A stretch of DNA of 32,000 nucleotides from Nitrosopumilaceae archaeon (GCA_965209085.1 OZ242376.1:427628-459627), one strand, 5' to 3'. Positions 1 to 8,959 are shown, numbered from the stretch's first letter. The notes: generated by a model from the sequence alone, not told the origin. Translations and numbers: made by a program.

Positions 1-2
1 AG

Positions 3-2000
3 GAACGGGGCATTACCATAGTGCAGGCAAACGTTACTCTGCATTTTACCAAAGATGATCAAGAATATGTCATAAACATGATAGATACGCCCGGACACGT
101 TGATTTTTCCGGAAGGGTAATTCGAAGCCTTCGTGCAATAGACGGAGCAGTTGTCGTGTGCGATGCGGTGGAAGGAATAATGACGCAAACTGAGACTGTG
201 ACCCGGATGGCGTTGGAAGAGAGGGTAAAGCCAGTTTTTTTCATAAATAAAATAGATCGACTCATAAAAGAACTCCGCCTCACGCCTGAGAAAATGCAGG
301 AGAAACTTGCCACGGTTGTGGCAAATTTTAACGAATTGATAGACGCCTACGGTGAGCCCGGATACAAGGATGAGTGGAAAGTTGCAATAAAAAACGGCAG
401 CGTCACGTTTGGTTCTGCAAAAGACAGGTGGGCGATAAACATGGATATGATGAAGGAAAAAGGAATCTCATTCAAGGATGTAATTGACGCATACAAAAAC
501 GAAAAAGTGGCAGAGCTTGCGGAAAAAGCTCCGCTTGCAGAGGCCATATTGGGAATGGTTGTAAAACACCACCCTCCACCGCACGTGGCACAAAAATATA
601 GAATCCCAAAAATTTGGAAAGGCGATCTTGAATCTGACATTGGCAAGTCTATACTAAACTGCGATGAAAACGGCCCGGCCGTAATGATGATAGTAAACAT
701 GGCACTGGATCCGGCTGCTGGTCCTGTGGCAATTGGGCGGCTCTTTTCGGGCACACTAAAAGACGGGGATACTATAAACATCATTGACGCAAAACGTGAG
801 GGACGAATCCAATCTGTCAACTTTTTCATGGGCAACCAGCGAGAACAGGTTGGAGAGCTTGGAGCAGGAAACATACCCGCACTGCTTGGTCTGACTGAAG
901 CTCGTGCGGGAAACACAATCTCATCGATAAAAGATATACAGATGTTTGAAGGCATAAAGTACGTCTCCGAACCGGTGGTCCAGATTGCCATAGAGCCAAA
1001 ACACCCAAAAGATCTGCCAAAACTTGTGGATATTTTAAAGAAACTTACAATAGAAGACCCAAATCTTGTGGTAAAAATTGATCAGGAAAGCGGGGAGACG
1101 ATTATAGCCGGCATGGGTGTGCTTCACCTTGACATTGCAACAAACCTCATACGCGACCAGAAAGTTGAAATTGTAACATCCGAGCCCCTCATAAATTACA
1201 GAGAAACAATTAGGGGATCGTGCGAACCAATAATGTCAAAATCACCAAACCGCCACAACAAGATATTCATGAAAGTGGAGCCACTGGAACCGGCAATCGC
1301 AGACATGATAAGAACAGGCGAAATTAGCGACATGAAGGACAAAAAAGAAGTTGTAACATTGTTAAAGAAACACGGATGGGATACAGATACGTGCAAGCGC
1401 GTCATGCGGTTTGATTCGCGCGGAAACGTAATGATAAACGCCACAAAAGGTGTGCAGTTTGTCCAAGAATCCACAGACTCGATTCTTTCTGGATTTGACG
1501 ATGTAACAAAGGAGGGTCCACTGGCAAAAGAGCAGTTGCGCGGCTGTAAATTCCTCTTTACCCATTTTACTCCGCACGAGGATCCGGCACACCGCGGACT
1601 CTCGCAGCTTGGTCCTGCATCTAGAAGGGCATGCATGGGTGCTACACTCATGGCGCAGCCGGCACTCTTGGAACCAATACTCGGTATAGAGGTTCGGGTT
1701 CCGCCGGACATGGTGGGCAACGTTGCACAGGTTCTCTCCGGCAAACGCGGCAAAGTATTAGACATGGCACAAAAAGGAATAATCAGCATTGTAACTGGCG
1801 AAATACCTGCATCTGAGACATTTTCACTCTCTGATGACATGCGTGGTCAGACAGCTGGCAAGGCAATGTGGAACACATTCTTCAAATTGTGGGCAGAGAT
1901 ACCAAAATCAATCATGGCTACGGCCGTGCAGGATATTAGAAAACGCAAAGGACTTGCACCCGATCCGCCAAAAGCTGAAGATTTCATAGATCGAGAATAA
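3..2000 (+). CDS. fusA: Translation elongation factor 2 (aEF-2), 5'-truncated by the window edge
   Basis: The frame is open from base 3 (ERGITI...). GTPase motifs DTPGHVDF and NKIDR are present, as is the diphthamide-loop-like HEDPAHRG. TAA stop at 1998-2000. Confidence 0.95.
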   Translation, partial: ERGITIVQANVTLHFTKDDQEYVINMIDTPGHVDFSGRVIRSLRAIDGAVVVCDAVEGIMTQTETVTRMALEERVKPVFFINKIDRLIKELRLTPEKMQEKLATVVANFNELIDAYGEPGYKDEWKVAIKNGSVTFGSAKDRWAINMDMMKEKGISFKDVIDAYKNEKVAELAEKAPLAEAILGMVVKHHPPPHVAQKYRIPKIWKGDLESDIGKSILNCDENGPAVMMIVNMALDPAAGPVAIGRLFSGTLKDGDTINIIDAKREGRIQSVNFFMGNQREQVGELGAGNIPALLGLTEARAGNTISSIKDIQMFEGIKYVSEPVVQIAIEPKHPKDLPKLVDILKKLTIEDPNLVVKIDQESGETIIAGMGVLHLDIATNLIRDQKVEIVTSEPLINYRETIRGSCEPIMSKSPNRHNKIFMKVEPLEPAIADMIRTGEISDMKDKKEVVTLLKKHGWDTDTCKRVMRFDSRGNVMINATKGVQFVQESTDSILSGFDDVTKEGPLAKEQLRGCKFLFTHFTPHEDPAHRGLSQLGPASRRACMGATLMAQPALLEPILGIEVRVPPDMVGNVAQVLSGKRGKVLDMAQKGIISIVTGEIPASETFSLSDDMRGQTAGKAMWNTFFKLWAEIPKSIMATAVQDIRKRKGLAPDPPKAEDFIDRE

Positions 2001-2002
2001 CC

Positions 2003-2025
2003 CCACGCCCACCGTGGTCTGTTTT
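2003..2025 (+). terminator. Candidate terminator after EF-2: short hairpin plus T-run
   Basis: CCACG (2003-2007) pairs with CGTGG (2013-2017), followed by GTTTT (2021-2025). Archaeal termination typically uses oligo-T. Confidence 0.3.
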
Positions 2026-2115
2026 GCAAAAATCAAACATGTTTATGCGTAACATAATGCGAATTTTATATGTATGATATGCATCAATTATATTTGATGA
2101 CTGCCAATATCACAC

Positions 2116-2535
2116 ATGTCGAATAGTAAATCCCCGGTGCTAAAACTGGTGGAGGAAATAATAACAGTTGATCCCGGAGTCCGTTTTGCATCAATCATAG
2201 ACAAGAACGGCAATGTTGTAGAAGGAATAATGAACAGCGGAAAAACCAATTTAAAATCACAACAAGAGGAGGAATATTTCTGTAAAGAAGTTGCAAAGAG
2301 GCGCAAAATACACAAAGAATTTGATACCAGCCTCGGCAAGGTGCGTTACATACACGTGGAGCGGGAAAAACTTACGCAGATTGTGCTGTATCCTGCGGAT
2401 TATACGATATACTTTACGCTTGAACCAGAGATAGGGGTGGTTGAACGCGTCCAGATAATAAACAAAGTAAAAAAATTGATATCTGGAATCATGCCAAAAA
2501 TGGTGCGTAGCAACAGCGCCGTATACGAAGAATAA
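2116..2535 (+). CDS. Small Roadblock/LC7-like protein, paralog 1 of 3 in this window (function unknown)
   Basis: 139-aa ORF with an ATG start and an AT-rich TATA-like upstream region. It shares the blocks VRFASIIDKNGNVVEG and LGKVRYIHVEREKLTQIVLYP with the ORFs at 19109 and 19751. The fold assignment comes from the residue pattern only. Confidence 0.6.
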   Translation: MSNSKSPVLKLVEEIITVDPGVRFASIIDKNGNVVEGIMNSGKTNLKSQQEEEYFCKEVAKRRKIHKEFDTSLGKVRYIHVEREKLTQIVLYPADYTIYFTLEPEIGVVERVQIINKVKKLISGIMPKMVRSNSAVYEE

Positions 2536-2549
2536 CGGGTGCATATGGT

Positions 2550-2822
2550 ATGAAAATACTTGTGGATGAAATGCATGAAAAATGGGTGGAAATGCTAAAA
2601 AGCCAAAACTTTGATGCGTACAGCGCACGGGAACTAAAAGCGACGCACAATATCAGCTCAGACTATTCCATATTAAAATACGCACAAGAACATAAAATGT
2701 TCTTTATCACAAGCGACAAGGAATCTGGTGCGGGCTGCACGGAACAGGGAATTCCACATCTTTTTTTGGATGATGAGATGATATTTGATCTGGTACTCTC
2801 AAAGCTTCGGACATTAAACTAA
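2550..2822 (+). CDS. PIN-like / Mut7-C-like (DUF5615-like) putative nuclease domain protein
   Basis: 90 aa. It has an N-terminal MKILVDE acidic motif, SDYSILKYAQEHKMFFITSDKE, and a C-terminal LFLDDE, resembling the small PIN-like toxin domains I recall. A GGGTG Shine-Dalgarno-like element lies 9-13 nt upstream of the ATG, and the gap to the upstream gene is 14 nt. Confidence 0.5.
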   Translation: MKILVDEMHEKWVEMLKSQNFDAYSARELKATHNISSDYSILKYAQEHKMFFITSDKESGAGCTEQGIPHLFLDDEMIFDLVLSKLRTLN

Positions 2823-3613
2823 TCCTGCATACCGCATACGTTTCTTTCAAGTCTGGATGCGATAATGAAAGGCATTACGGCCAAAATAGGTATGCTTGCG
2901 GCTATGAACAGAGTCTGAAGCTGCACAAGTGCAGCAGTTAAAACAATGCCGCCTGCAATACCTGCAAAAACCGAAAGTATTGAACCAACGCACGAGGGAC
3001 ATGCGATAAAAAGACCCGCTGCCGCACTCGCACAGGTAATTCCTTTCTTTCTGCTGGAAACGCGCGTGGCACCTACCACAATTGCCGTGTTTAACGCCAC
3101 CAAATATGATACAGTTGTCTGCAAAATAATGTTGATGGGTATTATCTGCAGTCCGGTATGCTCTCCGGCGTACACGAGAATCTTTGGCATGTATCCGGCA
3201 GCATCACAGCATGGAATTACCTGAATCGAGGGTATCTTTACCCCATAATGGTATGAAAAATCCACCTCTGGCTGGTATACCAGCGTACCGGAAGTTGCTG
3301 AGAAAAAAACCCCGTATGCGATAAAAGTAACAACGAATGCAATTTTTGCCCTGGAATTATTCGTAACAAATGCTATGGCATACATACGCCCTGATCTTGG
3401 ACTGCTGGCCAATTTTTGCCGGTGGTACGAGTACAGCCCATACGCAATGCTTGCAAACGAGGCTGCAAACACGGCATAAAACCCGTATGCTAGGCGCTGT
3501 ATGTCATCAAAAGCCTCCGGCGTTATCATCTCGGGATTCTGGTATCTTGAATATGTAAGAAATAACACGGCAATTGATATGAATCCTGCAAACACGGCAG
3601 CCTTTCCAGCCAT
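2819..3613 (-). CDS. Multi-pass membrane protein with cysteine motifs (CC and CPSC), function unknown
   Basis: 264 aa with several long hydrophobic segments. Motifs are IPCCDAAGY, ITCASAAAG and FIACPSCVGS. Its stop overlaps convergently with the 2550-2822 gene. Confidence 0.6.
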   Translation of the reverse strand: MAGKAAVFAGFISIAVLFLTYSRYQNPEMITPEAFDDIQRLAYGFYAVFAASFASIAYGLYSYHRQKLASSPRSGRMYAIAFVTNNSRAKIAFVVTFIAYGVFFSATSGTLVYQPEVDFSYHYGVKIPSIQVIPCCDAAGYMPKILVYAGEHTGLQIIPINIILQTTVSYLVALNTAIVVGATRVSSRKKGITCASAAAGLFIACPSCVGSILSVFAGIAGGIVLTAALVQLQTLFIAASIPILAVMPFIIASRLERNVCGMQD

Positions 3614-3644
3614 GCAGCATGCACGGGGCGGCGGGCATTAAACC

Positions 3645-5465
3645 CTATGTGGCAAGTCTTGGATAAAATATGTAAATAACTGCAATTATCTCAAGCCTTC
3701 CAAATATCATCAGAAAACTCATCCCTATCTTTGAGGCCGGATCGACATCTATGGTAATGGCCCCTGTGGAGAGTCCACCGGTGGTTATGAGGCCTACTGC
3801 TTCAAGATATGATTCATCAAAATCCGCCCCCGTTATGGTCTCTAGGTGAACGGCAGTACCGAACGCAATTATGGGGAAGAGCAGAATGAGAACAAGCGCC
3901 GTCATCATTTCTTTTTTTTCATCCTTACTCATATCGTTTCTTGTGGAACGGCGGACAAATAATACGACGTTGCTCATCTGCATCAGTCTGAATATCTTTA
4001 TGCCGCCTGCCGTGGAAAAACCGCATCCGCCCACAAACATTAGAATTATCAGCACGGCGTATCCTACTCCGCTTACTCCGTCAAGATTGCTTATCTGCAG
4101 ACCTGCGGTGGTTCCGGCCGATATTGCATAAAACATTCCCTCAAAATACCCAAAACCTCCGACCCACATGAATAATGCCGCGCCTATTGCCAAAACGGCA
4201 AAATAAACCAAAACCTCCTTGCCAATCTTTGTGAGCATGAACCTTTTGCGCAAAAAACCATAGTGGAATGTAAACGGAAGGGCGCCAAGTATCATGGCTG
4301 CCATCAGCGTTGCGTGCTGTTGCCATATCATATCTGCAAGCATCGTTGATGATGGGACAAATCCTCCTGTCGCCACAGTGCTCATTACTAGTGAAACATT
4401 GTCTATGATGTCTGTTGCACCAAAACCGTACAGTATGGCGACAAATATCATTATGTATATGGAAAATATCACTATGATTGTTCCGAAAAGCTCGCGAAGA
4501 TGCAGCGTTTTACCGGATATAAACCCGCGCATGGTTTGTAGTTTTCCCTCCGGATAAAAGGCTGTAATTACAAGATAAATGAAACTCATGCCTCCGACCA
4601 GCTGCGTAAAACTGCGATAAAACGTGAAACTCTGCGGCAAATCCTCCGGGGAATCGAAAAGCGATATGCCTCCGGTGGTAAACCCTGCGGCGCTGGAGAA
4701 AAATCCGCTTGCAAACGCCTCTATTGGAGTTTCATATTCAAACGTGGACACGTACAGATACGGGACGGTGCCAAAAAGTGTGAGAATAAACAGGCTGGAA
4801 AACACCAGTATGGAAGCCTGCCGCATATTCAGACTGGATTTTTCGCCGTACGAATTTAAAAAAAATCCGGAAACTAGCAACATGACCGTAGTCAGGTATA
4901 TTCCTGTGGCAGTTACAGTGTCGTTTAGGATGGTTGCCACTACGGCCGGAATCAGAATAAGCACGCCTGAAAACTGGAGAACAAATCCCAGATTTCCCAA
5001 AATGGCTTTTACCGGGGGGCTGATTAATCTTGGAGGCGTGATTGTCGCATTGCGTATTACTTCGGCTATTTTCTGCTGGCTGATTATTCCCAAAACTTTG
5101 CCTTTTTTATCCATCACTGGAAGCTTACGTACGTTGCGGTCCCGCATAATGTGCAAAGCGTTTTGAATCTGCGTTCCTGGCGTAACTGTAATCAGCGGCG
5201 AGCTCATAATATCCTCCAAAGTGGTGGTCTCAGCGTACACATTTTTGTCGCTTACCTTGTTGAGAATGTCCTGATCAGTTACAATGCCGATGGGTTTGTC
5301 TAACGCATCGGTAACTATAATGTCGTCGCGCTCGTAATGCTGCAAGTGTGTGACCGCCTGCTGTGTGGGGGTAAATGCGGGAAGTTTTAAAACATCAGGA
5401 TCCATGTACACGGAGACTGATTTGGTTAGAACATATGATACCGATTTTCGGGATTCACTTGACAT
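3645..5465 (-). CDS. trkH: TrkH/KtrB-family cation (K+) transporter with an N-terminal CBS-pair domain
   Basis: CBS pair: GIVTDQDILNKV ... VRKLPVMDKKGKVLGIISQQKI. TrkH-like pore loops: TTGGIS, ATGGFV, TTAGLQ, STAGGIKIFRL, TTGGLS. The start is ambiguous (5498, 5465 or 5405). I chose 5465 because a TATA-like element lies about 27 nt upstream. Confidence 0.85.
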   Translation of the reverse strand: MSSESRKSVSYVLTKSVSVYMDPDVLKLPAFTPTQQAVTHLQHYERDDIIVTDALDKPIGIVTDQDILNKVSDKNVYAETTTLEDIMSSPLITVTPGTQIQNALHIMRDRNVRKLPVMDKKGKVLGIISQQKIAEVIRNATITPPRLISPPVKAILGNLGFVLQFSGVLILIPAVVATILNDTVTATGIYLTTVMLLVSGFFLNSYGEKSSLNMRQASILVFSSLFILTLFGTVPYLYVSTFEYETPIEAFASGFFSSAAGFTTGGISLFDSPEDLPQSFTFYRSFTQLVGGMSFIYLVITAFYPEGKLQTMRGFISGKTLHLRELFGTIIVIFSIYIMIFVAILYGFGATDIIDNVSLVMSTVATGGFVPSSTMLADMIWQQHATLMAAMILGALPFTFHYGFLRKRFMLTKIGKEVLVYFAVLAIGAALFMWVGGFGYFEGMFYAISAGTTAGLQISNLDGVSGVGYAVLIILMFVGGCGFSTAGGIKIFRLMQMSNVVLFVRRSTRNDMSKDEKKEMMTALVLILLFPIIAFGTAVHLETITGADFDESYLEAVGLITTGGLSTGAITIDVDPASKIGMSFLMIFGRLEIIAVIYIFYPRLAT

Positions 5466-5483
5466 ACAAACGCTGGTCTTTAT

Positions 5484-5526
5484 CTTGTATTTTAACAAGC
5501 GAGGCGATCACATGTCATGTTTATAT
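5484..5526. promoter_or_regulatory. Divergent promoter region between the trkH-like and BFN-like genes
   Basis: Palindrome CTTGT-ATTTTA-ACAAG (5484-5499) contains a TATA-like core about 27 nt from the minus-strand ATG at 5465. TTTATAT (5520-5526) lies about 26 nt from the plus-strand ATG at 5549. Confidence 0.35.
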
Positions 5527-5548
5527 CCAAAGAATGTTCCGTAACCGT

Positions 5549-5971
5549 ATGCGCATGGATGAGCGAGAAAATCCAGATTATGAAACGGCCAAACTTGGCC
5601 ATGTGGGATTCGTGGATCCGTATGCTCTTGAAGGTATTTTGATTTTAACATCCGATGACGGCAGGGAGTTTATAATGCGCTCGTTTTCTGGCGAAGTTGC
5701 CAAACACATAAAATCTTTTTCAAACGGCGGGGAGAGATCGTCCACAATATATGCAATGTTTGAGGACATGTGCGAACAAAACGGCGACATACTTGTAAAA
5801 GTCAAGATATACGAGAGCGGCGAGGCTCTGCGGGCAAACCTGTACCTTACGGGAAAAAAAGACACCGTGTTGCGAAATTACAGGGCATCGGATGCTGTGG
5901 CACTGGCCGTCTTTTACGGAATACCCATACTGGTTAAAAACACGCTTTTAAAGGAAAAACTTGAAGCCTAG
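5549..5971 (+). CDS. Bifunctional nuclease (BFN/DUF151)-domain protein
   Basis: The C-terminal RASDAVALAVFYGIPILV matches the RPSDAIALA..PI.V signature of the BFN domain as I recall it. The tracked ORF (5375) extends over the trkH start, so I prefer the internal ATG at 5549 (alternative 5555). Confidence 0.6.
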   Translation: MRMDERENPDYETAKLGHVGFVDPYALEGILILTSDDGREFIMRSFSGEVAKHIKSFSNGGERSSTIYAMFEDMCEQNGDILVKVKIYESGEALRANLYLTGKKDTVLRNYRASDAVALAVFYGIPILVKNTLLKEKLEA

Positions 5972-7062
5972 GTTGTAATTTTTCCAAGACTGCCTTCGTT
6001 GATTGCCTGCCTAATCTCCATAGCTATGCGCCTGCCGATTCCAAACGTCTGACCGTACTGGTATTTTGTATACGGACTGGTCGTGGCCACTATGGGGTTA
6101 CCTGGAACCCGCAGGGATACATCATACACCACTAGTTCCAAATCGCGCGTTATGACGCTTTGAAGTGAAAAAGGACCTATTATTCCGGGAGGATATTCTT
6201 TTTTCACGGCCCTGACAAATTTCTCACCCATGGCAAGCACTTTTTCCAACAACGACTCGCGTATGCTTGCGGGTGTGTGTCCCACCTCTATGTTTTGCAA
6301 TTCAATAGAGCCCATCTGCATTTGTTGTGCTGCGGGAAGCGCGTTAAAATCGTGCACGTTTGTCTGCAGGCGCCTCTCTATGCCGATAAAATCTACACCG
6401 TCCGATATGGGGGTGTGAAAATAATTAAAATTCATGTACGTTCCTATTGCAAGCTCCTCAATGCTAGCTTTTTGCAGTCCTGCGCGCGAAATCATGCCAT
6501 CTTTTATCTTTTTTTCGGATTTTTCCACATAGTCTTTGGGGGACATTACGGTAAAAAACGCCCTCTCCATCTTGCGGTTTTTCTCCTGCACTTTTACAAT
6601 TGCAGGTGCGTTTATCTCGCCGGGTTTTGAAAAAATTCTGGGGTACCGTATGCCTGCTTTTTTTAAAAGATAATACTGGTTTCTCTTCTCGTCGCGCTCT
6701 TCAGCTCGAAAGAGCATTCTGTTGCCAAAAATTGGAACCTTGAATTTTTCTTCGATTGTTTTGTATCCAAGATACGCGGTAAGGGATCTGTGCGGAACCA
6801 CTATGGTGTCAGTTGACACCATTTTTTTCTGCGCCTTTGCACCTGCCATGTCTGAAAATTTATCCATCACGATTATTTCGTCCGCTATTCTTGAGAATTT
6901 TTTATACGGCGCCTCCCGTCCTTTTTGACAAAATACCACGGTTTGAAAATTCTCGTCTTTTGCCCCGTCCATTATTTCTAGGGCAGAATGGCTGCCAAGA
7001 ACGCCTATGCGCGGATTTTTGTAACCTGATAGAATCTGTGCAATATCCTTTTTTGCGACCAT
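5968..7062 (-). CDS. purP: 5-formaminoimidazole-4-carboxamide ribonucleotide (FAICAR) synthetase PurP
   Basis: GVLGSHSALEIMDGAKDENF, VVPHRSLTAYLG, PIFGNRML, IRESLLEKV and PPGIIGPFSLQS are collinear with archaeal PurP (ATP-grasp). Confidence 0.9.
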   Translation of the reverse strand: MVAKKDIAQILSGYKNPRIGVLGSHSALEIMDGAKDENFQTVVFCQKGREAPYKKFSRIADEIIVMDKFSDMAGAKAQKKMVSTDTIVVPHRSLTAYLGYKTIEEKFKVPIFGNRMLFRAEERDEKRNQYYLLKKAGIRYPRIFSKPGEINAPAIVKVQEKNRKMERAFFTVMSPKDYVEKSEKKIKDGMISRAGLQKASIEELAIGTYMNFNYFHTPISDGVDFIGIERRLQTNVHDFNALPAAQQMQMGSIELQNIEVGHTPASIRESLLEKVLAMGEKFVRAVKKEYPPGIIGPFSLQSVITRDLELVVYDVSLRVPGNPIVATTSPYTKYQYGQTFGIGRRIAMEIRQAINEGSLGKITT

Positions 7063-7123
7063 GCCAAAACAGGGGTAAAATCATAATATAACTATAGGTG
7101 AGCAAACCCGGCATTCTATTCGC

Positions 7124-7252
7124 TTATTCTTGCTCTTTGAGAAGATCTTCTAGTGCTTGGCCCGCATCCGTCATGCCGTGCTCCATTGCATGTTTTGATA
7201 TTGCGCGGTATTGGGCATCGGTGCAACAGACCGGTATTGTACGTTTTTCCAT
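7124..7252 (-). CDS. Untracked 42-aa ORF, possible ribbon-helix-helix (CopG/Arc-like) protein
   Basis: Manual translation gives MEKRTIPVCCTDAQYRAISKHAMEHGMTDAGQALEDLLKEQE*. The pattern is strand-helix-helix. It lies 61 nt upstream of purP on the same strand. Confidence 0.35.
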   Translation of the reverse strand: MEKRTIPVCCTDAQYRAISKHAMEHGMTDAGQALEDLLKEQE

Positions 7253-7299
7253 GATTAGCCGTGATAATATTATTTAATATCCTTTTCTATGGACAGTAC

Positions 7300-7815
7300 A
7301 TGAACGGACGCGTACAGATACTCGTTATAGGGCACAACGAGTCCGGCTGTACGGCAGATCATGAAAAAATTGCATACGATACGGGCGCACAAATTGCACA
7401 ATCCGGAGCTGTTTTGATTACTGGAGGTCTTGGAGGCGTAATGCGGTTCTCGTCCAAGGGTGCAAAAGAGGCAGGCGGAATAACCGTGGGGGTGCTGCCA
7501 CAAAATAAGCGCGGTGAGGAAAATGAATTTTGCAGCGTGGTACTTCCAACCGGAATGGGATATGCCAGGGATTTTCTCAACGCCTTGTCAGCTGATGCGG
7601 TGATAATCATAGGGGGAGGAGCTGGCACGCTATCTGAAATGTGTGCCGCGTACATGTACGAGCGTCCAATGGTTGCAATACGTGGTACTGGCGGAATGGC
7701 AGACGAGTATGATGGAAAATACATGGATTACCGGAAAAAATTCCCGGTGCGTGGAGCTGATACGCCCGCTGAAGCTGTGAAAACCGCGCTCGCCTTATGC
7801 GGACATGGATCGTAG
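7300..7815 (+). CDS. TIGR00725 / LOG-like (Rossmann-fold, lysine-decarboxylase-like) family protein
   Basis: VLITGGLGGVMRFSSKGAKEAGGITVGVLP and AVIIIGGGAGTLSEM. I prefer the ATG at 7300 over the tracked GTG at 7261. Confidence 0.75.
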   Translation: MNGRVQILVIGHNESGCTADHEKIAYDTGAQIAQSGAVLITGGLGGVMRFSSKGAKEAGGITVGVLPQNKRGEENEFCSVVLPTGMGYARDFLNALSADAVIIIGGGAGTLSEMCAAYMYERPMVAIRGTGGMADEYDGKYMDYRKKFPVRGADTPAEAVKTALALCGHGS

Positions 7816-8943
7816 CATTGGATCGGGCTCGTAAAAAGTTCCGTATACGGATGAAAATTTTTCAAGATGTTTGATGATCTTATCAACACCAAACTCTTTT
7901 GCCGTCTCAAATATGGGCTTTTTTAACCCGAGTCCAAGATTTGCCGCCTTTTCAATCTCGGTAACGTCGCTTGCCCCGTTTGTAACAAGCCATGCGGCAT
8001 TATTCAGCAGGTTTGCAAATATTGGAAGGGGATTGTATTTCTTCCCGAGCTCCTCGGATAACTTTACGCGTTCATAGTTTTCTTTTGAATACTGGTAAAA
8101 CCCTTCGCCTGATTTTTTGCCCAATTTTTTTACATTAAACATCTCTTCTATTCTGGGATGTGGATTTGCAACCTTTGCATCGCGCTGATGCATCTCAAAA
8201 GTAGCCTTGTGCATTACATCCATACCAGTAAAATCTGCAAGCTCGAATATTCCCATTGGGAATCCAAGTGAAAATTTGAACGCAGAATCAATCTCCTCCA
8301 AGCTTGCACCGGTGCGGTCAACTTCATAACACGCCTCGTGAGCCATAGGTATGAAAAGCCTGTTTACTATGAATCCTGGAACATCCTTGCGGCATACCAC
8401 TGATTCTTTTCCAACAAATTTTACAAATTCAACAATGTCTTTTGTCACTTTTGCATCAGTCTTTGTCCCAGGTATGACCTCTACAAGCTTCATCAGTTGC
8501 GGCGGGTTGAAAAAATGTATTCCGACAAATCTCTCCGGTTTTGCAATCGTTTGGGATATTTCCGTTATGGGCAGCGTGCTTGTATTGGATGCAAATACTG
8601 CATCCTCCGGAGCTGACGCCTCTAGTTCAGCATAGACTTTTTTCTTTAAATCCATAATTTCTGGCACCGCCTCTATCACCATCTCACATTCGCCTACTGC
8701 TTTTGCCAAGTCCGTATGCGGGGTTATTCTACCGTATATCCTATCTGCATTTTCTGAATCAATCTTGCCTTTTTGCACCATTTTGTCAAGACTCCAGCGT
8801 ATCTTTTGCATGGCTTTGTCCAAAAATTCTTTTTTTATGTCGCGCAAAGCCACATTGCATCCTGCAGTTGCGGCAACCTGGGCTATTCCGTGACCCATTA
8901 TACCCGAACCTAGAACAGCTATATTCTTGAACGTCAACGGCAT
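7795..8943 (-). CDS. hbd: 3-hydroxyacyl-CoA / 3-hydroxybutyryl-CoA dehydrogenase (NAD-binding)
   Basis: N-terminal Rossmann motif IAVLGSGIMGHGIAQV and a 3HCDH-like core (NTSTLPITEI, GIHFFNPP). Homologs act in the thaumarchaeal 3-hydroxypropionate/4-hydroxybutyrate cycle. Confidence 0.85.
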   Translation of the reverse strand: MPLTFKNIAVLGSGIMGHGIAQVAATAGCNVALRDIKKEFLDKAMQKIRWSLDKMVQKGKIDSENADRIYGRITPHTDLAKAVGECEMVIEAVPEIMDLKKKVYAELEASAPEDAVFASNTSTLPITEISQTIAKPERFVGIHFFNPPQLMKLVEVIPGTKTDAKVTKDIVEFVKFVGKESVVCRKDVPGFIVNRLFIPMAHEACYEVDRTGASLEEIDSAFKFSLGFPMGIFELADFTGMDVMHKATFEMHQRDAKVANPHPRIEEMFNVKKLGKKSGEGFYQYSKENYERVKLSEELGKKYNPLPIFANLLNNAAWLVTNGASDVTEIEKAANLGLGLKKPIFETAKEFGVDKIIKHLEKFSSVYGTFYEPDPMLRSMSA

Positions 8944-8959
8944 TATACCTCAAGTATCC

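Noticed and set aside
347-1840. Two 214-aa minus-strand ORFs (347-991 and 1196-1840) inside the EF-2 gene
   Set aside because: They are antisense shadow ORFs of a strongly conserved gene. Their translations are low-complexity (Ser, Pro, Phe, Ile-rich) with no recognisable motifs.
5375-5548. N-terminal extension of the tracked 5375-5971 ORF
   Set aside because: It overlaps the 5' end of the divergent trkH-like gene and translates to an implausible sequence. BFN-domain homology begins only after the ATG at 5549, which has proper TATA spacing.
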